Source of the DNA: Candidatus Hydrogenedentota bacterium | GTDB lineage: Bacteria > Hydrogenedentota > Hydrogenedentia > Hydrogenedentales > JAEUWI01 | DNA length: 64,000 bases | Assembly (NCBI GenBank): GCA_034669905.1 | Contig: JAXMOL010000003.1 | Location: 1 to 64,000 of the forward strand | Reading direction: 5' to 3' | Part shown: piece by piece, positions 8,527 to 18,547 of the stretch | How the letters are laid out: each line of letters starts with the position of its first letter | Numbering within the stretch: the stretch's first letter is position 1 | The notes under the pieces: model-generated | The model's database searches: none | Told to the model about the DNA's origin: nothing | What the model saw: only the letters and a program-made list of their open reading frames with translations | Program-made: the position numbers and the translations under genes

Positions 8527-11500
8527 TTATTGGCGCGTGATGGTTTCATCCAGGTTTAACAAGACCCGTGCGGCCAGGGTCCAGGCGGCGAGGGTGTCGC
8601 GGTTTTCTGTTGCAGACAGCAGGGCAGCTGGGTCGATTTCTCCGGCGGCGATGCGTGCCCGCTGTTTTTCCAGAAAGGCCACCAGGGCATCGACCTCCGC
8701 GGTATCCGGTGCGCGGGAGGTGCAGCGCTGGAAGGCATAGGCCAACCGTGCGCGGTCGTCGTCACCGCCATGGGCCAAGGTGGTCTCGGCCAGTTTGACC
8801 GCAGACTCAAAAAACAGGGGCTCATTTAATACCGTCAGGGCCTGGAGCGGCGTGTTGCTCCGTTCCCGCCCGGTGCACGGTGCCTCGCCGGAGGGTGTGT
8901 CGAATACCTGGAGGGCGGGGAAGGGCGCACTGCGAAAGCGGAAGGTATAGAGCCCCCGGCGGTATTTATCGGCGCCCTCGTCGTATTCCCAGGTCTTGGT
9001 GCCATAACTCGCGGGCGGTAAGAAAATCGATTGGGGTGCGGGTGGGTAGACACTTGGCCCGCCTACCGCAGGATTAAGGAGGCCACTGGCGGCCAGGGTG
9101 ATATCGCGGACCACTTCGCCCTCCACGCGAAAGCGTGCGCCCCGGGCCAGCAGAAGGTTGTCGGGGTCCCGCTCCAGGAGTTCGGGTGATATCGCGGCGT
9201 CTTGCCGGTAGACGGCGGAATGGACGATGCGGCGGTGGAGGGCTTTCACGTCCCACCCGGATTCCATGAACTCCACGGCGAGCCAGTCGAGCAATTCGGG
9301 GTGGGTCGGTGGTGCGCCCTGCATGCCGAAGTCATTGGTAGTGGAGACCAGGCCGGTGCCAAAATAGCGCTGCCACACGCGGTTTACGTAGGCCCGGGCC
9401 GTGGTGTGGGATTGGGGCGACACCAGCCACTCGGCGAAGGCCAGACGATCACGGCGCGTCGGGTCTTTCATGGGGTGGAGGAAAGCCGGTGTGGCGGCCG
9501 TGACGACCTCGGCGGGACTCAGGAAATACCCCCGGTCGAGGCGATGGGTTTCCCGCCGTTCCGCCACCTGCTGTAAGACCAGTTGGGTCGTGCCGACGGG
9601 GTGGGCCTGCCACAGGCCGTCGATACGGGCGTTGGTCTCATGAAAGTCGGGCACCGTGGTGCGCCAATAGCTGAAAAGGGTATCGCGCTCTTGCACGCTC
9701 CGCTCCGAATCGGCCTTGGCCAGGATGCGTTTTACTTTCTCCGGCACCGCACGATGGGGCAGGGCCTCGGCGTCCGTTACGGACACGCGAAAGCGGCCGA
9801 GGTTGTTGGTCTGGCCGTCGTTGTTGTTCCAGCCGCCATGTTGCTGTTGGAGGCGGAAGGCGAGGCGCATCCCGGGCGTTACGGCCAGGGGTTCGGCCAG
9901 GGTGATGAGGGCATAGCGCGATTGATTGCGTCGACCGGGGTCAATGTCGGTCGTCCAGGCGGTGTTGGCATCGCCGTCGATAGCGAGGTGTACGCCGCCC
10001 AGATAACGCACCCGATCATCTTTCAGGGGAAACTCAGGGCCAATGAGGCGCTCGGGGGGATTGCAGTCGCTCACCGCCGATGCCAGCTTCACGGGCTTCC
10101 AGGCATCAAAATCCTTAATCTCCACGTCTTCGGTCGTGAAGCGGAAATCCACTTCGGACAGGCCGCAGGCACCAACCTTGGAACGGCCCGGCCCGCCTGC
10201 GGGGAGATTGTCGTCGGCCAGCAATTCAATGCGGATGGCCGTGATCTTCTCCCGCGTCGTCGTGGTCGTCATCTTGGGCGAGGTGCGGCCGGGGGAATAG
10301 CCTTGGGCGAGGTAGGAGCCATCCGGCAGGGGCGTAAACTTTTGCCCGCCGGACGAAGAGTCGTCGACTTCGAAGGACAGCACTTCCCAGGCCGGCGTGG
10401 GATCCTGGCGGACGTCCTCTTCCCAGGCGGCGAGTTGTTCGGGCCACGTAGTGTGCTCGGCCTTGATTTCCTTTTCCAGTTCGGCGATAAAGGTCTTCAG
10501 CCGATCCCGCTGCGCCATTTCTCGTGGGGTGTAGACCGGAATGCTGCCTTCCGTCGTGTTATTGAGGAAGGCCATCATCTGGTAATACTCGGTGTGGGTC
10601 AGGGGGTCATACTTATGGGTGTGACACTGCGCACAGGCTACCGTGAGCCCTAACACGGCCCGTCCCACGAGGTCCATGTGATTAAAGAGGGCCTCCATGC
10701 GGAACTGCTCCGGGTCGATGCCGCCCTCCTGGTTGATCATGCTGTTGCGGAGGAATCCCGTGGCCACCCGCTGGTCCTGGGTGGCGTCGGGGAGGAGGTC
10801 GCCCGCGACTTGTTCGATGATAAAGGTATCGTAGGGCTTGTTGTCGTTGAAGGCGCGAATCACCCAATCGCGCCAGGCCCAGACCTTGCGCGGCGTATCC
10901 TTTTCAAAGCCGTCGGAGTCCGCATACTGGGCGGCGTCGAGCCAATGGCGTGCCCAGTGTTCGCCATAGTGGGGCGAGGCCAAGAGACGCTCCACGGCGG
11001 CGTCATACCAATCGTCGCCCCCCGCTCGGGCCTGGGCGATTTCTTCCAGCGTGGGCGGGAGGCCTGTGAGGTCCAGGCTCAAACGACGGAGCAGGGTCGT
11101 CCGGTCGGCGGGTTTGGAAGGGGCGAGCTGTTCCTGTTCCAGCCGGGCCAACACAAAGGCATCCATGGGGCTTTCCGGCCACGTGGTGTTGGTTACCGCG
11201 GGGAGGGCCGGCCGCGTGGGTGCTTGAAAGGCCCAATGGACGCTCCGCTCCGCGCCCTCGGTAATCCAGCGGGTGAGGAGGGCCACTTCCGCTTCGGTGA
11301 GGGCGTCGTCGGCTTCCGGGGGTGGCATGCGCTCGTCGGGGTCGGGGTGGGTGATGCGGTGGAGCAACGCGCTCTCGTCCGGCTTGCCGGGTACAATGGC
11401 CGTCTGTCCTTCCACGGCGATGTCGAGGCGGAGATCGCCTTTTCGCGCGGCTTCATCGGGACCATGACATTGGAAGCACTTCCCACTCAGGAGGGGGCGC

Positions 11501-11592
11501 ACCTGGCGGTCATAGGAGACCGGTGCCTCTGCTCCCGCCGTGGCGAGGAGGACGCCCGCGGACAACCACAAACTCATACGACGAAACATCAC
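8527..11592 (-). CDS. Planctomycete cytochrome c / DUF1549 / DUF1553 domain protein
   Basis: CFQCHG and CAQCHTHKYDP heme motifs; HWAF, YGEHWARHWLD, PTHPELLDWLA, SNTPLQAL; paired with DUF1501 gene. Confidence 0.93.
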   Translation of the reverse strand: MMFRRMSLWLSAGVLLATAGAEAPVSYDRQVRPLLSGKCFQCHGPDEAARKGDLRLDIAVEGQTAIVPGKPDESALLHRITHPDPDERMPPPEADDALTEAEVALLTRWITEGAERSVHWAFQAPTRPALPAVTNTTWPESPMDAFVLARLEQEQLAPSKPADRTTLLRRLSLDLTGLPPTLEEIAQARAGGDDWYDAAVERLLASPHYGEHWARHWLDAAQYADSDGFEKDTPRKVWAWRDWVIRAFNDNKPYDTFIIEQVAGDLLPDATQDQRVATGFLRNSMINQEGGIDPEQFRMEALFNHMDLVGRAVLGLTVACAQCHTHKYDPLTHTEYYQMMAFLNNTTEGSIPVYTPREMAQRDRLKTFIAELEKEIKAEHTTWPEQLAAWEEDVRQDPTPAWEVLSFEVDDSSSGGQKFTPLPDGSYLAQGYSPGRTSPKMTTTTTREKITAIRIELLADDNLPAGGPGRSKVGACGLSEVDFRFTTEDVEIKDFDAWKPVKLASAVSDCNPPERLIGPEFPLKDDRVRYLGGVHLAIDGDANTAWTTDIDPGRRNQSRYALITLAEPLAVTPGMRLAFRLQQQHGGWNNNDGQTNNLGRFRVSVTDAEALPHRAVPEKVKRILAKADSERSVQERDTLFSYWRTTVPDFHETNARIDGLWQAHPVGTTQLVLQQVAERRETHRLDRGYFLSPAEVVTAATPAFLHPMKDPTRRDRLAFAEWLVSPQSHTTARAYVNRVWQRYFGTGLVSTTNDFGMQGAPPTHPELLDWLAVEFMESGWDVKALHRRIVHSAVYRQDAAISPELLERDPDNLLLARGARFRVEGEVVRDITLAASGLLNPAVGGPSVYPPAPQSIFLPPASYGTKTWEYDEGADKYRRGLYTFRFRSAPFPALQVFDTPSGEAPCTGRERSNTPLQALTVLNEPLFFESAVKLAETTLAHGGDDDRARLAYAFQRCTSRAPDTAEVDALVAFLEKQRARIAAGEIDPAALLSATENRDTLAAWTLAARVLLNLDETITRQ

Positions 11593-11773
11593 GAGCTACA
11601 GACCCTTTCCGCGCCACACTGCCGAGCGCTATGGGATCAGTGTAGCGCAGGAGGGAGGCGGCTGCAAGGCGGAAAGGTCGTCATGGTGGCGGAGGGTGTT
11701 TATTGCAGTGTTCGGGAACTTTCTGGCGGGGGAGCGGATTCTATTGCATATGCGTGCAAAGGGAGGCAACGAC

Positions 11774-12514
11774 ATGGCACAACGTTTTTTTCGATCCACT
11801 ATCGCGGCAACTTTCCTTCTTGTGGCGGCATCCACGTACAGCGAAAACACCATTGAGATCGCGGTCACGGGCCTCTACGAGTGGGAATCACAGATTACGC
11901 CTGGTGTTGATTGGTGGGGTATCTTTCCCGATGGGAAGGACGGTTATACCCTCCGGCCCACCCGGGTCAGCGCGGTGCCCGATCCTTCCATGGTACATGA
12001 GGGCGAAAAGGCCCCCCGTAAAATCTGCGTGCCGGACAAGAGCGGCAATGTCATCGTGATTCGGGGCCTCACGTCCGTCACTCCCGGCCCGCTGAAATCT
12101 GTGAAGTTGGCAGAATACCCGGCTCCCCTGACGCCGGGAGAACACTATGACCTCCACTGGGAATTGGAAACTCCTGAGACCCGGATGCGTCTTCGTACTG
12201 CGGGGCGTCCGGTGCTTCAGCAAGTTGGAAAACATACCCTTAGAAGAGTCGATGACTATGAATTGTGGCTCCAGCGCGGCTCCGGCGAGGGAGCCGTCAT
12301 GCAATTGCTGGTCAAAGAGCCGGAGTCGTTTGGGGATGAAAGCCCCCGGCTGCGTTGGGCGGGCGATCTCGACCAGGATGGAGAATTGGATCTGATTTAC
12401 AATCTGGGTGGGCACTACACCCAAACCCGGCTCGCCCTTTACCTTTCATCCGCCGCAAAACCCGGAGAGCTGGTGGGGCTGGTCGCCCAGTGGAACGGCA
12501 CCTGCGGTTGCTAG
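11774..12514 (+). CDS. Secreted hypothetical protein with FG-GAP/Ca-binding-like motif
   Basis: GGGAGG RBS; signal peptide; WAGDLDQDGELDLI; C-terminal GTCGC. Confidence 0.75.
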   Translation: MAQRFFRSTIAATFLLVAASTYSENTIEIAVTGLYEWESQITPGVDWWGIFPDGKDGYTLRPTRVSAVPDPSMVHEGEKAPRKICVPDKSGNVIVIRGLTSVTPGPLKSVKLAEYPAPLTPGEHYDLHWELETPETRMRLRTAGRPVLQQVGKHTLRRVDDYELWLQRGSGEGAVMQLLVKEPESFGDESPRLRWAGDLDQDGELDLIYNLGGHYTQTRLALYLSSAAKPGELVGLVAQWNGTCGC

Positions 12515-12561
12515 AAGGGGAGTGGTGGCTTGATCCGATGGCCAATGCTCCGAGATGAGAT

Positions 12562-12605
12562 AAAAGAAAAGCGCGCCCCAAGTCTCTCAGGAACTCAGGG
12601 CGCGC
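12562..12605 (-). terminator. Putative intrinsic terminator of the DUF4838 gene
   Basis: GCGCGCCC...GGGCGCGC stem preceded on + by AAAAGAAAA (U-tract on minus). Confidence 0.55.
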
Positions 12606-12624
12606 CAGCGTTGTTGGGTCGGGA

Positions 12625-15126
12625 TTACTTCGGAGCTTTCTCCAAGAAGGCCACCGTGTAGCCATAGTCCAGCGACTCGCCCGTCTTCAGTTCTTTGATC
12701 TGGGTGTAGAGTTCCAGGTTGACCTGTGAGCGGCTCGGGTGCCAGAAGAGGTTGGCCCGCTCGATGGCGCTTCGATCGTAGATTTGCACGATGCCGAAGT
12801 CCTGGTCGTGGTTGTAAAAGGCAAACTGATTGCCGGTGGCTGTCCGGAGCAATCCGGCATCGGGTCCCCGGTCGATTTCAAAGTCGTTGTTCACCTTTTT
12901 CCAACCCCCGTCGTCAATATAGGCGGTGAGTCGGTCGTCGTCGTCGCTGATGGAGTCGGCATCGTATTCGGGGTGGACCCACAGTTGATAGGTTTTCGGC
13001 GCTTCGCCGCGATGGGTCAGTTTGGAAGAAAAGACCACGCGGGCGGGGTCGAGAGAGTCGAAGCCAATGCGACGCTCCAGGGTGAAACGATCATCGAGGG
13101 CACCCCGTAACACCACTTCGTCCTCCGTGCGCTCCGCCGAGAAGGTCAGCAATTCCTTCGGCTCAAAGCCCAGGACGCCCCACTCTTCCATGGCGCGGTG
13201 GCGATTGAACATGCGCCCCCGGGGGTAGATGACGTCGCGTCCCGTGGGCTTGTGGAGCATCTCGGTGAGCTTGCCGTTTTCTTCCGGCAACACCGTAATG
13301 CGCCAGATGTCGTTTTCGATCTGCACGGCGGGGAAGCCCGCGGACATGCCCTTGATCTCGGTGAAGAAGTCTTCTGCGGGGAGGTGTTCGGAGGTCCGGG
13401 TTAAGCCATGTTTGCGGGCCAGGGCAATGTAGTCGTCAATGAGGGTGGCGTATTCCTCCGGAATGTCGAGGTAGCATTTCCCGTCGGAATAGCGGGTGGA
13501 ACCACTGGTGGCCAACAGGGCCTTGTAGGCGCACAGGCTGGCTTTCTCCACGCGATTACGGACCACGTCATCGGGTGCGCGGTCCATGGCTTTTTCAAAC
13601 CAGGCCATGGCCTTGAGAGCAACGTTCTGGTCGAGCCCCGATTCCAGGGCCGTGGGGAAACACTCGGGGTGCACTCCTTTTTTGTCGGCCGTGTCGTGGA
13701 GGTAGTTCAGGTATTTCAGAATGGGCTTGGCGGACGGGCCATAGTGGAGACGACAGAATTCTTCGACGCGGTCCCAGCCCCCTTCCTGGGGATTCCAGAT
13801 GGTGTGGCTGAGGACGTAGTTGCGGAGGTCGCTCATCTCGCCGCTCATGCCGTTGCCATTGGCCTGCATGAAGAGTCCGTGCACGTTGTTGTTCAGGAAA
13901 TACTTCACGTTGGGTTCAATGGAGCGGAGACTGGGGAAGGGCAGATCGTAATTGGCGAAGTTGGTGTTGTAATTCCAGATCCAGATGTCGTCGCTCAGGG
14001 TTTTCCACGTGGCCAGGTCGTCGCAGAATGCCCGGTTCTTGGGGCAATCGGGGTCGTTGATGGCGTGGAGGGTGCAACACTCGATGCTGCACAACTGAAA
14101 CTGGACATTGTGGCGGGGGCGAATGGTCTTTGGCGGTTTCCGGGTGTGCCAGTAGGCCAGGGTTCCAATGGTGGTGTTCGGGAATTCGGGCTCGATGCGC
14201 TCGGCCACCGCATTCACAAAGGTGAGGTAGGCCCCCATGGGCGTGCCTTCGCGGTCGATGATGGCCATGCAGTTGTCACAGCGGCAGTAGGAGTCGTTGT
14301 CGTTCTGGCTCACGCTGTAGTTGCGCAGGTGGGGTTGGGCACGGAGGTCGTTCAGCACGGCCTCGACCACCACATCCACGACGTCGGGATTGGTGAGACA
14401 AAGCTCGGGGCCGCCACCGTGCATTTCCAGTTTCCGTTCGCCATCGACGAGGGCGAAGTATTCGGGATGCTCCGCACCGTACTTACTGGCAGGACACAGA
14501 CGATGGAAGCTGTGGTTGATGAGGTTCTGGGGGGTGACCCCGCCAAACTTTTCGTCTTTGGGAATGGTGTTGATCCGCTTCCGTGCCGCAAAGGCGGGGT
14601 GGGCGCTGTTTTCGCCGTAATAGCTCCAGCGGAAGGTGAAGGGCGGCACGTAGTCATAGGTCGCCGGTTTCAGGTTGGGCGTCTCCGAAAGGGCGGGAAA
14701 CCACGTGTGGTCGTGGGTAAGAAAGCGCGTCCCGACCACCCGCTCGAAGAATTCGTAAACCCCATAGAGCGTGCCTCGGGGACGTCCCCCCGTGATGACC
14801 AGCCGTTCGGCGTTGAGGTCATAGCGCAGGCCCTCCTCACCGAGCCCATCGTTGCTCAGGCCAAAGGCCGTGGCCGCTCCGGGGCCCACGGCGATGATGC
14901 CAGTGCTCGTTGCATCGGTGCCTGTCTTGAGGGTGAGGACCATGGAGGTCCAGGTTTCCCAGAGGGTCTGGAATTCTTCCGCCGCGAAACGTTCACTCGG
15001 CGTGGCGTCTTCGGCCACGACGATGGTCCAGGTGTTGATCTCCGCCACGGGGATGGGGGCCGCGAGGGCCGGGTGGCAAAACAGGGTGGCGATGCTCAGC
15101 GTCAGCAGGGCAAGGGAAATGCGCAT
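12625..15126 (-). CDS. Secreted DUF4838 domain protein (glycoside hydrolase-like)
   Basis: Signal peptide MRISLALL; GGRPRGTLYGVYEF, HPEYFAL, ELCLTNP, SQND...CRCDNC, TLAYW. Confidence 0.88.
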   Translation of the reverse strand: MRISLALLTLSIATLFCHPALAAPIPVAEINTWTIVVAEDATPSERFAAEEFQTLWETWTSMVLTLKTGTDATSTGIIAVGPGAATAFGLSNDGLGEEGLRYDLNAERLVITGGRPRGTLYGVYEFFERVVGTRFLTHDHTWFPALSETPNLKPATYDYVPPFTFRWSYYGENSAHPAFAARKRINTIPKDEKFGGVTPQNLINHSFHRLCPASKYGAEHPEYFALVDGERKLEMHGGGPELCLTNPDVVDVVVEAVLNDLRAQPHLRNYSVSQNDNDSYCRCDNCMAIIDREGTPMGAYLTFVNAVAERIEPEFPNTTIGTLAYWHTRKPPKTIRPRHNVQFQLCSIECCTLHAINDPDCPKNRAFCDDLATWKTLSDDIWIWNYNTNFANYDLPFPSLRSIEPNVKYFLNNNVHGLFMQANGNGMSGEMSDLRNYVLSHTIWNPQEGGWDRVEEFCRLHYGPSAKPILKYLNYLHDTADKKGVHPECFPTALESGLDQNVALKAMAWFEKAMDRAPDDVVRNRVEKASLCAYKALLATSGSTRYSDGKCYLDIPEEYATLIDDYIALARKHGLTRTSEHLPAEDFFTEIKGMSAGFPAVQIENDIWRITVLPEENGKLTEMLHKPTGRDVIYPRGRMFNRHRAMEEWGVLGFEPKELLTFSAERTEDEVVLRGALDDRFTLERRIGFDSLDPARVVFSSKLTHRGEAPKTYQLWVHPEYDADSISDDDDRLTAYIDDGGWKKVNNDFEIDRGPDAGLLRTATGNQFAFYNHDQDFGIVQIYDRSAIERANLFWHPSRSQVNLELYTQIKELKTGESLDYGYTVAFLEKAPK

Positions 15127-15322
15127 GGGGTTTCTCTCCGTTGAAAAAGGCTCAACGGCCAGCATAGCGCAGGGATGTCGGTAGGTGCCACCTGATTGTG
15201 TTTGTATTGAGTACTTTGAATCAAAAGGATTATTCACGGTGCCACGTCGTAGACGCGCCGCAGGAGCTCGGCATCACGTGGCACGAAAATGACTGACGCC
15301 GTCTTACGGCGTGAAACAACGC

Positions 15323-15931
15323 TCAATCATCCGCGATTTCGTGGAAAGTATACCGCAGGGCACCCAGAAGCCTATCCTCCGACCCGTCGTGGCAGGTCGC
15401 ACAGGCACCGTCGGCGCGCAAGGCACCCAATACCTCCATTTGCGTCCCCTCGTAACGAACGGTGAGCCCTTCTCCCGACCCCAGGGCCGCCCAGCCCCAT
15501 CGGGACAACTCCTCCGCATCGAGGCGTTCACGGGATTCCTTCGCGGGTGCCAAACCATGGCGTCCACCCTTGTAGCGGTACGCATGGCCCTGGGTATCTA
15601 CCAAGACCAAATCGGGGCCATCCGTCGAAAGTCCCCAGGACTCGCCCTGATGGGCGACGGCATCGGCATAGGGTACCAGCGCATCGGGAGCGGCCGGGCC
15701 GAGGGCCGACTGGGCCACAAATTCCGTCCAGGTGGCGTGGAATTCGGCCAGTCGATTCGCCACCGTCCAGTCACTCAGCGGTTCAGCATCCCACGTGGGC
15801 TCGGGTTCCGGGGGGGCTTCTGCAGGTCCTTCGGGGCCTGCAGGCGGCGCGGTAACCGTTGTTTCGGGCGGGGTCAGCGCCCGGGGGCCGTCTTCCGGCG
15901 CGGGGTTGGAACAGGCCGAAAGGAGAAGCAA
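15323..15931 (-). CDS. Putative monoheme c-type cytochrome lipoprotein (DUF3365-like C-terminus); start uncertain
   Basis: Lipobox LSAC; CATCH near C-terminus followed by LLGALRY. Confidence 0.65.
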   Translation of the reverse strand: MLLLSACSNPAPEDGPRALTPPETTVTAPPAGPEGPAEAPPEPEPTWDAEPLSDWTVANRLAEFHATWTEFVAQSALGPAAPDALVPYADAVAHQGESWGLSTDGPDLVLVDTQGHAYRYKGGRHGLAPAKESRERLDAEELSRWGWAALGSGEGLTVRYEGTQMEVLGALRADGACATCHDGSEDRLLGALRYTFHEIADD

Positions 15932-16204
15932 TAGTCCCGCGATAAAGACCTTACCGCGCCCCGGAAAAGGGCGGCGAACTTGTGCTATTTCGTGTGTTTT
16001 CGCTATGATATGCAGCGGTCCGACCCTTTGTTATACCACCCCATCAGGGTGGTCCTGCACCGTCTGGCCCCGAGCGGGCGGTCTGACAAAGGCCACCACC
16101 CCGCACGGCACCGATATATTCCGCAGTCTAATCCACGGGTGGACACTGACGCCACCCGGAATCCTTACCGACTACCTGCCTGAACGAAAGGATGGTACCC
16201 CACA

Positions 16205-17395
16205 ATGTTTGAGAACCTGGAGATGGCGCCACCGGATGCGATCCTGGGCCTGACGGACGCTTTCAAGGCCGACCCCGCCCCCCACAAGATCAACCTGGGC
16301 GTGGGCGTGTATAAAGATGAGCAGAATGCTACGCCGATTCTTGCTTCGGTGAAAGCGGCAGAAGCCCGCCTGCTGGAAGAGGAGACGTCCAAGAGCTACC
16401 TGGGCATCCCCGGCAGCCCGGCCTATGGCGCGTGCGTGCGGGAATTGCTCTTTGGTGCCGAGCACGAAATCGTGACCAGTGGCCGTGCCCAGACCGCCCA
16501 GACCCCCGGCGGTACCGGTGCCCTCCGTGTCGCGGCCGACTTTATCCACACGAAATTTCCCGATGCGGCGATCTGGTTGAGCAACCCCACGTGGGCCAAC
16601 CACAACGCCATCTTTTCGGCCGCAGGCATGACGGTGGAGACCTATCCGTACTACGATGCCGCCAACAAGTGCCTCGATTTTGACGCCTTGAAAGCCGCCC
16701 TCGCGAAGGTGCCCGCCGGCGACGTCGTGCTCCTTCACGGCTGCTGCCACAACCCCAGTGGTATGGACCCCGATGCGGCGCAGTGGGCCGAGTTGGCCGC
16801 GCTGACGGCGGAGAAAGGGATTCTTCCCCTCTTCGACTTTGCCTACCAGGGCTTTGGTGCCGGGCTGGACGAAGATGCGGCGGGTCTGCGCCAATTCTGC
16901 ACGCCGGGCCGTGAACTGCTTGTCTGCAGCTCTTTCTCCAAAAACTTCGGGCTCTACAACGAGCGCGTGGGTGCTGTGACGCTGGTGGGGGCGACGGCCG
17001 ACGCGGCCGCGAGTGCCTTCAGCCATGTGGAAAAGGCCATCCGCAGCAACTACTCCAATCCTCCGGCCCATGGCGGCGCGGTGGTGACGACCATCTTGAG
17101 TGACGACGCCTTGCGTGCCCAATGGGTCGCCGAGTTGGCGGCCATGCGGGATCGGATTCGCACCATGCGGGAGGGCTTCGTTCAGACCCTGAAAGACAAG
17201 GGCGTGAAACAGGATTTCTCCTTCATTGCCTCCCAGAACGGGATGTTCTCCTTCTCCGGCCTGAATCCCGAGCAGGTGAAGACCCTGCGGGAAAAGCACG
17301 CGATTTATATCGTCGGTTCCGGCCGTATCAATGTGGCAGGCATGACCCCGGAAAACATGGGGCCCCTGTGCGATGCCATCGCTGGTGTCCTGTAA
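16205..17395 (+). CDS. aspC: Aspartate/aromatic amino acid aminotransferase
   Basis: [52 protein letters not shown] (PLP lysine); could equally be named tyrB. Confidence 0.95.
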   Translation: MFENLEMAPPDAILGLTDAFKADPAPHKINLGVGVYKDEQNATPILASVKAAEARLLEEETSKSYLGIPGSPAYGACVRELLFGAEHEIVTSGRAQTAQTPGGTGALRVAADFIHTKFPDAAIWLSNPTWANHNAIFSAAGMTVETYPYYDAANKCLDFDALKAALAKVPAGDVVLLHGCCHNPSGMDPDAAQWAELAALTAEKGILPLFDFAYQGFGAGLDEDAAGLRQFCTPGRELLVCSSFSKNFGLYNERVGAVTLVGATADAAASAFSHVEKAIRSNYSNPPAHGGAVVTTILSDDALRAQWVAELAAMRDRIRTMREGFVQTLKDKGVKQDFSFIASQNGMFSFSGLNPEQVKTLREKHAIYIVGSGRINVAGMTPENMGPLCDAIAGVL

Positions 17396-17421
17396 ATAAT
17401 TCCGACCAGATGACAAGCAAT

Positions 17422-17460
17422 CGGGCGTGGCGGTCTTCGTGACTGCCGCGCCCGTTTCTT
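17422..17460 (+). terminator. Intrinsic terminator after aspC
   Basis: CGGGCGTGGCGGTC-TTCGT-GACTGCCGCGCCCG followed by TTTCTT. Confidence 0.75.
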
Positions 17461-17692
17461 GTTCATGGGAGAATTCCGGGGGTCGACACGCATTGTTGAG
17501 TTGGTGCGATAGGGCCTTTGGCAATAAGTTCCGTGTGTAGCGAAGGCCTGGTGGTTACATCACACCACCCAGAGAGAATCGTATGCCTGCTGCGACCATT
17601 GTACCTCTCGCACGAACCCGTCAGACTCGTTGAAACTCGCCTTTTGGAGAGCGCGCGGCACGATTGATGCTTGTGGGTGGGATTTAGAAAGC

Positions 17693-18361
17693 CTATTCGG
17701 CGGCCGGTACGACAAAGAAGAAGACGGCGAAGAAGTGGAAGGTGCTGCCGGCCAGTACGAAGAGGTGCCAGATGGCATGGTTGTAGGGGAGGCGCTGCCA
17801 GAGGTAAAAAACGGTACCACCTGTGTAGGCCAGTCCACCCAGGGCCATAAGGAGCAGGGCCGGCATGGGCACCAACTCCAGCGTGGGTTTCAACGCAATA
17901 ACGATGGCCCAGCCCATGGCGATATAAAGGCCGGTGGAGACCTTGTCCCACCACTTGAGGTGGGCACCATGGTCGATAAAGAAGAGCTTGAAGAGGCAGC
18001 CTGTGACCGCAATAAACCACAGGGCCACGAAAAGACTCCAGCCCCAGGGGCCCCGCAGGTTGACCAGGAGGAAGGGCGTATAGGTGCCGGCAATCAAGAG
18101 ATAGATGGCACAGTGATCCAGCTTGCGGAAGAGTTGCTTGAGCCGAGGGTGGGGTAAGGCATGATAGAGGGTGGACGCCAGGTACATGAGCACCAGGGTG
18201 GCCCCGAAAACACTTACACTCACAATGCACCACGGGTCGGAGGACATGACCGCATAGACGACCATCAGGGTCAGTCCGGCGACGCTCAAGAGCGCACCGA
18301 CCCCGTGGGTAATGCTGTTGGCGATTTCTTCACCGAGGGAATATTCGACGCGTGCCGACAT
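17693..18361 (-). CDS. Hemolysin III / PAQR family membrane protein
   Basis: EEIANSITHG, STLYH, KLDHCAIYLLIAGTYTP, HAIWHLFVLAG. Confidence 0.95.
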   Translation of the reverse strand: MSARVEYSLGEEIANSITHGVGALLSVAGLTLMVVYAVMSSDPWCIVSVSVFGATLVLMYLASTLYHALPHPRLKQLFRKLDHCAIYLLIAGTYTPFLLVNLRGPWGWSLFVALWFIAVTGCLFKLFFIDHGAHLKWWDKVSTGLYIAMGWAIVIALKPTLELVPMPALLLMALGGLAYTGGTVFYLWQRLPYNHAIWHLFVLAGSTFHFFAVFFFVVPAAE

Positions 18362-18547
18362 GGAGGGGATTCACCTTGTTTTTGTGCTACTGCGTTTCGT
18401 TGCGATGCGGGCACCCGGCACCGTCCTATGAATGGTACGTGAGAATCGCAAATTACGCAAGCGGCCTTATCTATCAGTACCCGGTATATTTGACATTGTT
18501 ACAGGCGGTTCCGTTTACTTAATCGTATTATCCGTCGTGCGGACGAA

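Noticed and set aside
7057..11592. DUF1501 plus DUF1549/DUF1553 pair as a novel system
   Set aside because: A well-known, highly expanded gene pair in Planctomycetes and relatives; function unresolved but not new here
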